A stretch of DNA of 64,000 nucleotides, taken from contig NC_086380.1 in the NCBI RefSeq assembly GCF_036588685.1, positions 70,184,001 through 70,248,000 on the forward strand. The letters run 5' to 3'. Under the pieces are notes generated by a model. It did not search any database. It was not told the DNA's origin and worked only from the letters and a program-made list of their open reading frames with translations. The translations under genes were made by a program, and so were the position numbers. The first letter of the stretch is position 1, and each line of letters begins with the position of its first letter. Below are positions 37,007 through 51,200 of the stretch, one piece after another. This stretch comes from Mytilus trossulus. Its lineage: Eukaryota.

Positions 37007-37994
37007 TTGAAAAACAAATTGTATGCGTGTTTTGTCTACATAAAACTGTAAACCAACTTAATTTCGCGGATAATTTTTTCTCGTTTTTTTCAATTTTAAA
37101 CCATTTTGTGGCTATGACATTTCGATTTTCTCATTTAAATGATGTAGTTTAATAAGAAAAGATCCAAATTTTACATATTTTTCTACTAGCAAAAGTCGCG
37201 AAAATAAATTGATCCGTCTGTTAAAGTTTATAAGTTTATTGGCTATCCTGCAATAAAATATTACATAAACATTTTATTTCTATGTCATGTAGTAGATACT
37301 TGTATATGACTTTTATGTATTGTTTCTGAACAAAGAGTTGCATGGAGACTATTTGGGGAATATTCAAGTTAGTATGGAAATGTTTAATCAATTGTTAAAT
37401 GTTGCAGATGATAGGTTTATTATAAGCATAAGGTAAGGGTTTTTTGGTGTTTATGACAGACCCTTGATAGATTTGAAAAAAGTTGTGTTAAATTACTACT
37501 GGTTATTGTTAATGTTTGTGCGCACAAATTGCGGCACTGATGCGTGAATTATGTCAGCAAAACATTTGAAACTGTTGCGGGGGTGTGGGTTTTGTTTTGG
37601 CACAGTATTGGACAATTTTGCTTAAATTTGCTATATAACGGAATGTAATAACATTCGTTGTAATGTGTTACGTTATAAAGTACGGTCCATTTTTGGAAGT
37701 TATGTGTCTATATATTTTCTCCAACATGCTATTTACATGTTTTGTATTGTAAATTATATATCATGTAATTATTCATCTCGATTGGAAATATGGAAATATG
37801 AAACATATTAAGTCATGATACTACGTATCACCAGTAATTCTGTCGTCATATTTTCCGTGAATTATATGTACCCGTACCTGAAAGTTTTTCCATAGTCGAC
37901 CGTTATGGCAACTCTGTGATTTGACATAGATATAATGTCATTTATTTATTTATAAGTTATCAAAAACACTCAATTATTAAAACTAATAACAGGA

Positions 37995-39228
37995 TAAATA
38001 CAACATTGCAGGGACCAATTGCAACAATGAAGACGTTTGGAAAGGGTGTAGTGAGTTCAAACACATGTCGTGTATCCCAATCAGAACAAAGGGAACACAC
38101 AAGCTCCGATAAGTGTACCTTCTGGAACAAATAAACTCGATGCGATTAGTGTTAATTTGAAACATACAATACAAACAAACATGCCAAACGTACGAGGATG
38201 TACCTGCCTCCCTTATAGTAAAATGATATTTACAAGTGTTGTTAACAACCAAATAAGCGTTTTAAAGCCAGACGGTTCAGCTGATTTCGATCTGAACACA
38301 ATAGAACCTGTTTTGGACGTAGTATATATAGGAGATAAGTGTGTTTATCGCTATTTTGTGCATTTTTCCTTTGATCTTTTTTTGTGATAATTTTCATATC
38401 ATGCTTCTCGCTTGAGATGGAAAAATTATCGCTAGAAACTAAGGAGGCCACGTGGCGTTGCTAACGAAATTGACATTGAAATTGACAATGTCGTCATAGG
38501 TAAAATAGCGATAAACAGATAATCATTGGTCATCTCAACTCGATTGCTTTTCTCACTTTCGATGTACCAGCTCAAGCGAGAAAATCAATCTCGTTGAGAT
38601 AATCAACGATAATCTATAAAGCTTTTACATCAGGTGACATTACAAATTCAAAGAAGATCAATATAATCAATGTCGAAAACAGAAATGTAAAAAAAGTATT
38701 GAACTTCACTTCATTAAATGACTGAGTAGCATTCAAAGATGGAAAGTTGATTTATTGTGCCGGAGAGCAGGGACTAAAGATGATCAGTCTCAGTGATGTG
38801 CAGGAGAACAGGGACTAAAGATGACCAGTCTCAGTGATGAATCCATAACTAGTATCACCACTACTAAATTGTCAAGTCAGGCAAACGTAGATTCAAAAGG
38901 CGACAAGTTGTTCTATACAAACGAAGTCAATCATATTGTCACCTGCTGTGATTTCCATGATAAAACACTCTGGACATTCAGCGAACCCAGTGCTTTGAAA
39001 TTTCCATGCAGTTTATTTGTCGACAATGATGGGAACGTATTTGTGGCAGGAGCACAATCTCACAATGTGATCGTTATATCTATCGATGGTGAACGCTATA
39101 GACAAATATTATCACATAAAGATGGACTTGACTGTCCAACAGCTGTGGAGTACGACCGAATGAACAATAAACTTTTAGTTGCTAATTATAACGAAATCGC
39201 TTTCGTGTATGACGTTGTCGGACAATAA
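37995..39228 (+). pseudogene. TRIM-like B-box/NHL copy A: 5'-truncated pseudogene (NHL/beta-propeller part only)
   Basis: Homologous to the 3' half of 54688-56373; B-box region absent; 275-bp insertion at 38345-38619, GGA>TGA stop near 38724, 41-bp tandem duplication at 38757-38838. Confidence 0.9.
38345..38619 (+). mobile_element. ~270-bp TSD-less hairpin element, copy 3, inserted in coding sequence
   Basis: Removing it restores GGA GAT AAG TGT GT^A GCT TTT ACA TCA GGT (GDKCVAFTSG), colinear with paralogs. Confidence 0.9.
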
Positions 39229-40249
39229 GCTTTGTTTAATGCTTTCTTATTTATATAACAGTCCTCGAATCAATGCTGATTGATTCTCTGTCAACAAAGT
39301 ACATGTATATGTATATGTAATGTAAGGTCTTTTTATATCTTAATTAAATTCATAAAGTATATTTTGTATTTCTTTAAATGCATGAAAAAATTTATCTTGT
39401 CTTATTTTGTCATCGCCAAATCGCATAAATGGACAAAAACCTTATATGAATGATGTCATATAAAAATAAGTTAAGGTTCAGTATAAAGTTTTGTTTCAAG
39501 AGGTGGTATAGACTTTGTACGAATTCAGCAGTCTTTTTTTTTGCAATTATGCTTAAATTTACAGTAGTCAATATCCATATATTGAATATTGAAAAATAAG
39601 GATTATTTTAAATAGCGCTACCAAAAGTACAATAACAAAAATGCCGAACTCAAATAAAAATCAAAAGGATAAGTCTTTTATAAAAATGCAGAATCAAGTA
39701 CTGAAACACATCAAATATATACACCACAACTGTCATATTCCTGACTTTGCACGTGAATTCCGATCTGTAGCAAATGGTTAATTAACCCTGGTTTTAAAAT
39801 AAGATGAACATTTCACTTGTATTACAGCCGCAAACAAATCCATTATTGATGATGTTAACTATATAGTGTGAGTAAAACGAACAAAAGTATTAAGTAACAA
39901 CGTCAAAAATTGTGGAAAAGCAGTCAACATTGTTTAACAATCTTCAACACTTATAACAACTATGTGAACAAAGAAAAAAGTAAAAAGAATAAAAATTATA
40001 TACACTCTATAGACAAAGCACATATCTGAACAAAAAAAACAAAAATATAATAATTGATCACATTAATTGACACAATAAAGAAATAGCGAAGATGTATAAA
40101 TACTGAGCCACAATGAAGATTACCAAAAACAAATTGAACAATCAAGGTTAAGAATATAAAAAGACAAATGAAAAGAACATTATGACACGAAATTACGATG
40201 ATCAACAACGTAGATACCTTTTATCTATATTTCAATACTATCATGTATA

Positions 40250-41130
40250 ATTTGTAAAGTTTATGCTGGATACCTTTCAATAAGGTGTAGGTATCTTCCG
40301 ATAATTTGTTTTAAAGAAAAACACCTTCTTTTCAAACACTGGTGAAATTTTATACAGTCTGAGGATCAACAGCAAGCTCTTAAATACCGAATGAGATTGG
40401 AAATTATAACCCATATCAACAATTGGTGGGGGAATCATTATTTCCAGATGAAAATCGTCTTTTTGCTATAGATCCAGTTCCTGATCTGTACCAGTCTAAA
40501 ATTGAGGCGAAGGAAGTCGTAAATGGTGTTTCTTTATCTTTTATTTCTGGAGGATATATAAATAAAACCCAATCGGAAAAGTTGGAATTGTAAATGGAAA
40601 ATTTCTATCATTGTTTCTGAATGTGACATGAAATGATCTTGCTTCTTTGATCTTTGAGTGTCTTGGGAACTTCGACTCATACGAAAATAAGAAGAGAGGT
40701 GCACAGTTCAAAAGGTAAAAAATTAACAACAAAATTCAGAAAAGACTGATAAACACAAATGTTACATACAAGTCAACTGAACAAATTAAAAACAAAAATC
40801 TCTCCAGTTTTAAAGGTGCTCATTCAGCTTTTATTCTCCGACTTTCATTAGCAATTTCTACTTGTAAATTAAATATGTGAGTCACTGACACACAAAGGGT
40901 ATATTCATTGCTTTTTGTAAGTTCAATGAAATATACAATGTCAATACGGTCAGCGAACGTTGAATCAATAATTAGGATATCAATCATCTCTATAGTAGAA
41001 AATAACGTTAAAGGATAATATTTGCCTCTTTATCTTCTTTCTCAGAAGCTACCATATGAAGTTTATAAAGGAAGAGAAAGGTCGGCAACTAATGTGACAT
41101 AGCTGGTTCACAAGCAATTGTTTTGTGAAA
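40250..41130 (-). mobile_element. Penelope-like retroelement RT remnants (two adjacent fragments)
   Basis: Translation NCAP-LFLFSYE...ARSFHVTFRNND resembles PLE RT GTNCAPLLADLFLYSYE...FRYIDD; second more decayed copy at ~40800-41130. Confidence 0.65.
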
Positions 41131-43263
41131 TACGGGTTGCCTTATCCATGATTTTCTTTACGTAGAAGGAATTGAACATTGAACACCCAGAGATTTTATT
41201 AGAAAACAGAAAGATCATTTTAATTCCTATTCAGTTCATGGTCAAGCATAATTATTGCCCTGCAATAAAACAATTAATCAAGATGTATTGATTCGGATCG
41301 ATGGAGCAAAACATATGATAGTGGTATCTTTCTTCTTTTTTATTGTAACAATGTGTCAAAAATGTATTATGAGGTAAAAGTCCCGGGGGATGCAACTTTT
41401 AATGGAGACAAAAGGGAAATAGACAAAATGAAAATTAGCTTCAAACCAAGCATTTTCAAAAATGAGGAAAAGCCTTTCAATATAAAAAGCTTATCAATGC
41501 TTCGCTTTTACAAATGACTTCTGACAAAGAATAACGTCTGTCCTGTTTATACATCTAATTGCATCATACAAATTTGACCTCAATATAGCAAGGCGAGCGC
41601 GATGAACTATCTATAACTGAGGTAGAAGATTTAATCTCTATTTGAAAAATATCAGAGACTGCTAAAACTGCAAAATATCACATATTATTAGTTACATAGT
41701 GTGTAAGTGACCTAATATGATATATACAGGGTAAGTAAATTCCATACGGGGTTCGAGCACACTAGCACACTATGTAACGAATCTATCTTACCGACTATCT
41801 TTATTTGTTGAATTTAGACTAAAGTTGTCTTATTTGCTATCATAACACATCTTCTTATTTCTGTATAAAAAGTGTTCAAGTGTTCAATTTTAAGAACCTT
41901 CTTCAATTGGTCTGCATTAAAAAAAAACTAATGTAAACGACAAATATCTATTATCAACAACCTTGATATAACAATATTAAACAGATCTTTCAAAACTTTT
42001 TAATAACCAAACAATGCCTAAGTTGTAAATCCACTACTAACCGTGTATTGAAATAAGCCCCGCCTCCCTACTAACCTAATATTGAATATACACGGTCTCC
42101 ACTAGGTCGTTATTAACCAATCATATTCCTATAAATGTATATGAGGTCAGATAAAAATCTAACGATTAGTGCAATCGGAAACACTCACACAGGGAAGAAT
42201 CGAAACCATTTATAAGTTTGAACGTTATTGGACAAGACAATATTCTCCACGGAAATTAAATATGCAAATGTTAATACAATATAAATAGCATTGACTTGCC
42301 TTTCAGGGATTTCTAATCAAACAAGCGTTCACCGACAACCACTGGATTACAGGTAGTTTTCGGATAAAATAAAATAAATATGTTATTACAATTTAGATGA
42401 TTTTTTACTTTGTATCCAAATAATATATTTTTCTTATAGTAAATTCATTGTCATGATTAATTCATAAATAAACTGCATGCTCAGTTTAGTGTTTCTGACT
42501 AAATATTTACTTTGCCTGGTCATTCAAATGCAATGCAAATTTACTAATACTTCATATTCTCGTTTTTAAATTCCGTTTAGGTGAAATAAATATAAAGTAG
42601 TACGAATGGTCGCAATCAACAGTCAGATAACAAGGAGAATTGACATTTCCTGCTGGAAAAACTGCAGCATGCGAATGTCCAAGGAGTTTGTAATTTACAC
42701 AGTAATTCTTCTGTTCAGTCTAGTCTATATGAAAAAGGCTATAATGAGCATGCTTTAATGGGATAAAATCTAAATTCCACAAAACACCATGCTAGATCAT
42801 TTCATTCCTCTAGCTCTACAAATGGATAAAATTATTAGGGAAAAATCTGTTTTGGTGGAACTTGAACATGTTGAATACAAAATACCAGCAAATGGTAGAA
42901 TAAATTAAATATATGTTATCTACATACACAATTTGTGTTTGTTTACATATATATATGTTTGATATTGATCTTGTATTCAGATTAAATAATCCTATAAAAT
43001 GTGTCATTACATGTGCATTTCTTGTGTTTTGATTTGATCGTCACTAATGAGTCTTATGTAGATGAAATCCAACGGGCGTCTGGCGTATCACATTATAAGA
43101 CTGATACCTTTGATAAATACTTAAAAATATAAGCAATAACATAAACGGTACAAATTGTTCTGCACCAAGCACAATATGCAATTGTTGGAATACGTTTTAA
43201 CTAGAAATGACAAAAAATGACGAGAGACAAAAACAATCAGCATAGATACAAATTAGAACCAGC

Positions 43264-43803
43264 AAGAAGAAGGTTCAGTAAGACCTCTTTTTAGCCCCAA
43301 AATATAGAAATTTATCAAATTTTTAAAATGTATACCTTAAGATATTATTTGAGAAATACAATACTTCTGTTACATACATATAGGTTGATTTGACAAGCAA
43401 TGCATATATATCGGGAACTAGCAATATTAAGTCATTCTAAACAACAATTCTTCTCACAAGTCTAGCATTTGAGTTAATTATTAGACGGTTTTCGTCTTAA
43501 ATTGATATATTTGATGATAATACATGACATATATAAAGTTCACGAATGAACACAGATGCGGCGGCCACTTTCATTTTTGAGAACAACCATATGACATGTG
43601 ACATATTATGGCATATTTGATAGATTTATAACGTTTAAGCTAGAATATGAGCATCTTTAATGACTGAATCAGTTCAAATATGTCACATACATCAATATAA
43701 TCTACTGAAGAATTCTTCAAAGTGTTTTAAAAGTGTCCAATATCTTTTATCAGATGAACCTGTAATTTGGGGGGAAAATCAGCCCTTACCAGACCTACTC
43801 CTT
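43264..43803. mobile_element. Old MITE with degenerate TIRs
   Basis: AAGAAGAAGGTTCAGTAAG vs CTTACCAGACCTACTCCTT; absent from the paralogous spacer near 59900. Confidence 0.45.
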
Positions 43804-46524
43804 TGATTCTTGTAGATTGTGGCTTGTTAAATCGGAAAATAAGTTTTGAAATTACCTCCACAATATATTAGATATGTAATGTAAATATGATCACATGACG
43901 GTTAAAGTCCTTTCTTTATCTAAAGTTTTGTTGTACGCTCATCAGAAAATCTGTGGTTTGTATAGATTTTATCTGTATACTTTACCTTATAATCTGAAGC
44001 ACTTTTTTCCATGTCTTTCTATTCCTAATACGCACTTATTTTAACCAAAACATTCTATTTTTCAGTTTTACGTTAACAAAAAGTTTAGCCAATAACCAGC
44101 TAACGGATCCCCTATTTGAAATAACTATTCATTTCAGTAGATATTTTCGTTTATCCTTCTTTGTCGCTTACGTTGACAGTATAAAATGCATGTATTTCAA
44201 TTTCTGTTTTTGATTTACTTCTGTTGAGATGCTATTTCAAACGTGTCTAACCATCGAATTTCAATTAGAAATAGATTTGGGTCAAATAAAGGAACTAAAC
44301 CTGTGTATAATTCCTTCACATGGTTTTTTTTTACCTGTGAGGACTGGAATATTCTTTAATTTCTATCAACATGATCAAAGATTATTTCTTTTAGAATATG
44401 TAAATAGAACACGGGTTGTTATAATTTTAATAGTTCTTGTTACAAACATGTTTTTAATTTTCAACAGTATTCGCCAATATGTGGCTGTCACATATCTTTA
44501 ATGAGTTTTTAAAAGATCATCCTGAAAGGCTGTAGAACGACTGAGAATTTTTGCATTGGGAATTAAATTCCATGAATGATATTTTTCATAAAACTTAATG
44601 CAAAGACAGGTTGAAACCATAAATATATGTAAAACATTTTATGGAAGCCTTAAATCAAAACATTTTGTCAAATGAACATTTGGAGTTTTTAGTCTGAACA
44701 AGGCCGTTGATTCATGTTAAGTTAGTTTATACTATTATTACATGTACACACTATTTAAATGTATTAATCAAAGAATTTGTTTCCTGACATTTCTTTTGGG
44801 GGGAGGGTCATGTTGCATACCGATGTTAAGCACTGTCGAACATGATTTAATTTTCCAGAAGCACGACACTTTGTGATATATTCGGGAGAATTATTTGTAA
44901 TTGTCAATCATAAGTTAGACGTTAAAAGAATTTTGAGTTGGCTTTTTTCCTTTCAACTTTAATCCATAATAATCGTAATTTTTCTAGAAACTAGGTGTGA
45001 CACGACTGTACATATTTGCGTGTAGATATGGAAATACGCATTATTTGCACTTTGGAAATTCTTGCCAAAATAGTAAACACAGATATGGACAAATCAAACC
45101 ACGGATATCCTAAAAAAAAATAGAATTATTTAGCCTGCATGTTACGCTAGACACAGTTAGTATCTTGTGTTTTAGTTTGCTTCCTTATTTGTAGCAAATT
45201 CATCTTAGCCTGACATTACAGATAGGTATTTATGCTATATAAGTTGATAAAATTTAAAAGGGATTCTTCTGAACAAAGCATATTGTTTGAAATGTAGTCT
45301 ATAAGAGAAAACGCCAACTTGTTCATTAAGACTCTACACTCCCATCAGTTTTAGAACGTCAGGCATCAACAATAAAGGACGAAAACAGCCAACTGAATCT
45401 CGTTACTCGCATCGATTCACATATTATAATATTGATATGAGATTCGACCAGAGAATACGTTTGTTGTTCTACCAGTAATTCCAATCGAAAAAGTAGGTAC
45501 AATTTTAATTCGAATTTTGGCCTGAATTGTAACTTGAATTCTTTCAATACATGTGAATGTCAAACAAGGTCGAATATATTATTCGGCTTTATAACGTTTT
45601 TAAATTAGCGTCACTGGTGAGTCTAATGTAGATGCGTTTTGCAGATAAATTATAAGTCTGGTTACTTTGATAACAATTATCAAAGTGTGACAAATGTTAT
45701 ATTTTAACCATTAATGGGCCGAATCGGTTTGTCTATCTGAACTGTTATAAAGTTTCATTAATACCATTGATGACAATTATTTTTGAAATATTTTTTTGGT
45801 TGCTTTTAGCATCGACTGGTAATATTAATTTAACAATTATACAGAAACTATCATTGGGTAATATCTCAATCTGCCAGATTAGAAAATACAAAAATCATTA
45901 TTTTCATTCGAAAAAATGTTCCATTATAAATAAATATCAATATGTATACGGCACTCGTTCTATTTGAGCAGTCAAAATGCGTTGACCGTATATTTCTATG
46001 TCCTGATATCAATTTTCCTTATGAATATTTCCCCGTTTCTAAGCCTAGTTCTTATATCGTTGATATGTCAAGTCAGTGCACTTTTATTGTCTATGAATAC
46101 GACAAATAGACATACGGGATGTCTGCGCCTATGTTTGAAAAAGGACGAGCTTTTTAAAAATGATGATATATAATTAACGGCATTTATATAGCAGATATAA
46201 AATATAGGTCCTATTAAGTTTGTTAGAGATACAATCATTAAAGATGTGGTGGGGGAATTGATTATTCATACATTTATTAACAAAACATTTATAGATTTTC
46301 ATAAATGGATTTATACATTTCAATTCATAAAACTTTGGATAGACCAGTCGAGTTCAGTGGGCTATAGTAGTGTTGGCATTACATGGATAAAGATCGAAGA
46401 TTCTAAAAATCGGTGAAAACAGTAAAAAAAATACTAAAACATGGTAAATTAAAAAAAACAATGATGATACTTTTGTATGGTACTATTGCAGTTTAATATT
46501 CACTTACTTTTACATTTCAGAATA

Positions 46525-48201
46525 ATGGCCAGTAACACGTATGTATGTGGTATCTGTGATCATCGTCACGTAACAAAACCTTCAGTAGTCTGGTGTTTTG
46601 AATGTGATGAAGGACTTTGTGAAGATTGTAAGGAACATCATAATTTCTCTAAGAGTTCACGAAATCACGAAACAGTTCCAATTACTGAATATATGAAATT
46701 ACCAGCCAATATTTTGCAAATAGCGCAATTTTGCAACAAACATAACGAGAAATACGAACTTTTCTGTAGAAAACATGACTTTCCATGATGTACGAAATGT
46801 GTAGAAGATCATAACGGCTGTAATGATTTAACTGATATCAGAAACATGATACACAATGTAAAATCTTCAACTGCTTTCCTTGAAATCGAACACGCTTTGT
46901 CAGGAATCGCCGAGGATATTAAAATATTACGTATAAATTGCGAAGGAAACTTGGCATCAATTGCAGAGAAAAGAAAGATTGGTGAATTGGAAATTCAACA
47001 ATTTCGAAGAAAAATTGATGCCCATCTTGATAAACTTCAAGACCACATACTGAAGGAAATTAAAGCGGTTGAAGAAAAAAAAAGTAGCCAAATTCGAGAA
47101 TTATTGACGTCAATAATGCAAAAAGAAACGGAAACTTTGGGAATCAAAATAAACTTTCAAAATACGAAGCGGTATGCCTCAGATCTGCAAACTTTCTTTG
47201 CAATAAAACACATCGAAAAAGATATTACCAAAGAGAATAATTATATTCAGTTGATCAGCAAAAGCGAACAAATGCATCAAATCGATATATCGTGTAGAAT
47301 AAATACAGCATTGAAGGAATTCATCGCTACCGTGACTACTTTTGGGGAGGTTTTAATTAGCTCTAATTCTTTAAATATATCCATTGAGAACAAATGGAAT
47401 AAACAAGCTCAAATAAGTTTACCTCCTTCAAGAACAATATTTGATAATGTTAGTCTGAAGTTGAAACAAACAATACAAACAAACTGGCAAGCTGTCCGAG
47501 GATGTACCTTTCTTCCTGATGGTAAAATGGTGTTTTCTACTATAAGTACACAACTAGCAAGAGTTTTAAAGCCAGACGGTTCATCTGAATTTGATCTGAA
47601 CAACATTGGACCTGTTTGGGACGTGGTCTATACTGGAGATAATGATGTAGCTACTACTTCAGGAAATAAAAATCAAATCAAGATAATCGATGTCGAAAAA
47701 AGAAAAGTGAAAAAAACTTTAAACGTCAATTCCGCCAATAACGGAGTGACAATCAAAAATGAAAAGTTGATTTATTGTGCACGAGATCAAGGACTTAAGA
47801 TGATAAGTCTTAGTGATGAATCTATAACCACTATCAGCACTAGTAACATGTCATTTCAGGCGTACGTAAATACCCAAGGCGACAAGCTGTTTTATTCAAA
47901 CGAAGAAAATCACAATGTCACCTGTATAAATTTCCAGGGTAAAACACTTTGGACATTCAACGAAAGCAGTACTCTAAAATATCCCTTCGGTATATCTGTC
48001 GACAATGATGGGAACGTATTTGTAGCGGGAACACATTCTCACAATTTGATCGTTATCTCCTCAGATGGTCGACGCTATAGACAACTATTATCGAAGAAAG
48101 ATGGACTTGACAGTCCAACAGTTGTGGAGTATGACCAATCAAATAATAAACTTCTTGTTGCTAATAATTTTGGTAACACTTTCGTGTATGAAGTTGTATG
48201 A
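46525..48201 (+). pseudogene. TRIM-like (RING-less B-box1/B-box2/coiled-coil/NHL) copy B; full-length frame with one TGA at 46786-46788
   Basis: Acceptor TTTCAG just before ATG; CGICDHRH..WCFECDEGLCEDCKEHH, FCNKH..LFCRKH; NHL motif PFGISVDNDGNVFVAG; the two track ORFs share one frame. Confidence 0.8.
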
Positions 48202-51200
48202 CAATATGCTTCGTTAATACCATCTCATTCATATTGCACTACGCAAATAATTAATACTTATGGATTTTCTATCAGTCAACTTTATAGTGAATTAAACTTT
48301 AACACATATGTCATAATTAAATTGCAAACAGGAAAATCTTTGTTAAGTAAGTTCTAATCAGCAATCATATATCAAGTAAATCATGATAGGAAAAACAAGC
48401 TCGGTGAAAAGGACAGGAAAATATATCAACCAGACAGAATAAAAATAAAAATTGTTAACAAAATTTAAAAAATACTGACAGTCAACATAACAAACGAGAC
48501 AAAACTATGCCTAAAAACAATACAATAATTCAGGTGCCCTGGAATCTGCCATTATCCTACCTTCATTATCAATTATTTAAGTTAAATCAAGATATTGGTT
48601 AAACGAACAGTCTATCCAAGTATGTCTTGTAACTTATAGAACTGTGCGTTTATATGTGTGTTGGCATTTGTTTTTGTTGCACTATAGTGTTCCTAATGTT
48701 CATAGTGTTCCTAGTGTTCCTAGTGTTCCTCTTATAGTTGATGTATTTTCCTCGGTTATGGTTTGTCCCGATTTATTTGTTCTCTATCGATTTATGACTT
48801 TCGAACACCGGTACACTACTGTTGCCTTCATTTAGCATAGCTGGAATACATGTCAACATATGACAGTACGTACAGTTAAATGACAAACTTTCTGTGAAGC
48901 TACTGTTTGATGTATTCCGCTTAATAATAGAAAAAAGTCGGCACGTAAAGGTGAATAGTTGGTCAACAAGCTTGTTAAATCTTTTAGTAAAACATTGTTT
49001 AATAGAGGTTGTCTCATCTATGATTTTACATTAAAGTATCAGACCTTTATAAAATCAATTAAATTTATTGCCGATTATTTCAAAAACATTTTGACTTTAT
49101 CTTTTAAAGGATACTCATAAATTTTTCAACCAAGATGATGAAATGTCCTGGTTATCTGATTTGAATCGACTGAGGGGTAAATTTGAATCGATACTGTAAA
49201 ACATATAAAAATATGTTTTTTTTAAAGGGAACAGTGTGCCAAAAATGTTTTATGCGGAGATACAACTTTCCTTAAGATAAACAGGCCAAAGTGAATATTA
49301 ACAGAAAACAGTACGGCTTTAAAACAATTAGGACAGGCCTTTCAGTATATAAATTAAAGCTATGCAATGATTCGCTTTAACAAAGCATTTTTTTAAATTA
49401 ACAATGTCTTACCTGTACAATGTTCTTTCGTTGTATTGGGAAAATATAACAGTAATTTACTTTTAAAGAGGCGTGTTATTGATAAAACTACAGATTACTT
49501 AATATCACTGTCTAACCATAAGTGATTTCCAAAGTGCCTACTTAAAATACTTAGTATAGAATTTAACCAATACAAAAGTTTGAACGCCATAAAACTATAA
49601 CTCTATAGGCCGGGAACATGTTCCGTATAGAACTTAAACATATCAGGCATTAAACACCAGCAAACAGCATCGACTTACCATTAATAATTCCTCAAACAAG
49701 AGTCTAATGTTGGTCATTTTGCTAACTTATTTTTCAGATGAGGTCTGTACAAATGAAATGCGATAATTGGAATGTGTTACCTGATAGAACTTAATCTACA
49801 CAAAATACATCAGTAATTGTTATATTTTATATATTTGTGTCTAACAACTAATAATGTGTTTTTGCTTCGATATGTATGATTGGTATTGGTCTCTTTCTTC
49901 AGATTTGATATTCTATGTTGTGTCATAATATCAACAATCAATGTGTTTTGTAAAAACAATAAATAAGCAAAATAGACAAGTGTTTTGATTGACAGAAACT
50001 TTCCTGAAAGGATTCAAAATGTTAAAGAAAATCAATAGAATGCAATGATCTAATTGGTTAAGCAAAAAAAGGATGAACCGAGCGACGTACAAAATCAGCA
50101 AACATACAATTTTGAAATTATGCATGTACAACAAAGTTTTACTTTTATTCTTATTTTTTGTGACTTATCAAAATAAGTTTAAAAATTCCCGCCACATGAC
50201 ATGAGATATGTAATGTAAATATTATCACAAGACACAATATTGTACTTGTTTATCTGTGGTTTTGTTGAACGCCCATTAGAAAATTTGAGGTATGTAATGA
50301 TTTATTCTGTAGACTTTGCATGACATCTTGAAGCACATGTTTTCTATATCTATTTATTCGTTGTAAGTAATTATATTTGTGACGGAAAACAAACTTTTTT
50401 CCCGGTTTAACGTGTATGAATTGCTTTGCAGTTACATGTTTCACAATTTTATTATACCATATGAATTTATAAAATTGTTGTTCTTTTATTTGCCCTTTTA
50501 ACATATATCTCTTTTTCGTTCTTCAATCTACTGATTTTACGAATTGTCTAACAATACAATGACAAAAGCTTATCCCACATAGTCAGCTATAAAAGGCCCT
50601 AAAAAAGCGTCAATCAATTTGAACCAGAAAACTAACGAGCTAATCTATGTACAAAATAATGGACGATTTTTACACAACAACAAACGATGTCTTTTAAAAA
50701 TAAGCAATCAACGATACCAACTTGATTACATGTTTACACCTGGAACATGATATAGATATAGGAAGATGTGGTGTGAGTGCCAATGAGACAACTCTCCATC
50801 CAAATAACAATTTAAAAAGTAAACCATTATAGGTTAAAGTACGGCCTTCAACATGGAGCATTGGCTCACACCGAACAACAAGCTATAAAGGGCCCCAAAA
50901 TTACTAGTGTAAAACCATTCAAACGGGAAAACCAACGGTCTAATTATACTTTACAAATATACTTCTTATTCCTTTTATGTCTTATACATACAGTTAGAAA
51001 TAATAGAAAACTGAGGAATGGAAATACCCGTCAAATTATAAATAGAATTGCAGTAAAATTGACCTTTCCTATTGACTAGAATTGAATTATTTACATTATC
51101 AGGAAGCTTGTAATATTGCTAACTTGTTTTTGGTCTAGTCTATATAATTTGAAGGCGATGATTGAAATGTGATAATAAGATAGAATATAAATAGACATCA

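Noticed and set aside
37260-37700. Possible LINE 3' remnant replacing the 5' half of TRIM copy A
   Set aside because: Only vague similarity; no motif I can support by eye
41680-41790. Inverted repeat GTTACATAGTGTG / CACACTATGTAAC
   Set aside because: Single short copy; ends and TSD not definable
21106-46788. Alternative genetic code or general UGA recoding (TGA at 21106, ~38724, 46786)
   Set aside because: TGA replaces Gly in two cases and Cys in one, each by a single substitution; TGA is also the normal stop at 15516 and 48201; copy D has TAG and frameshifts
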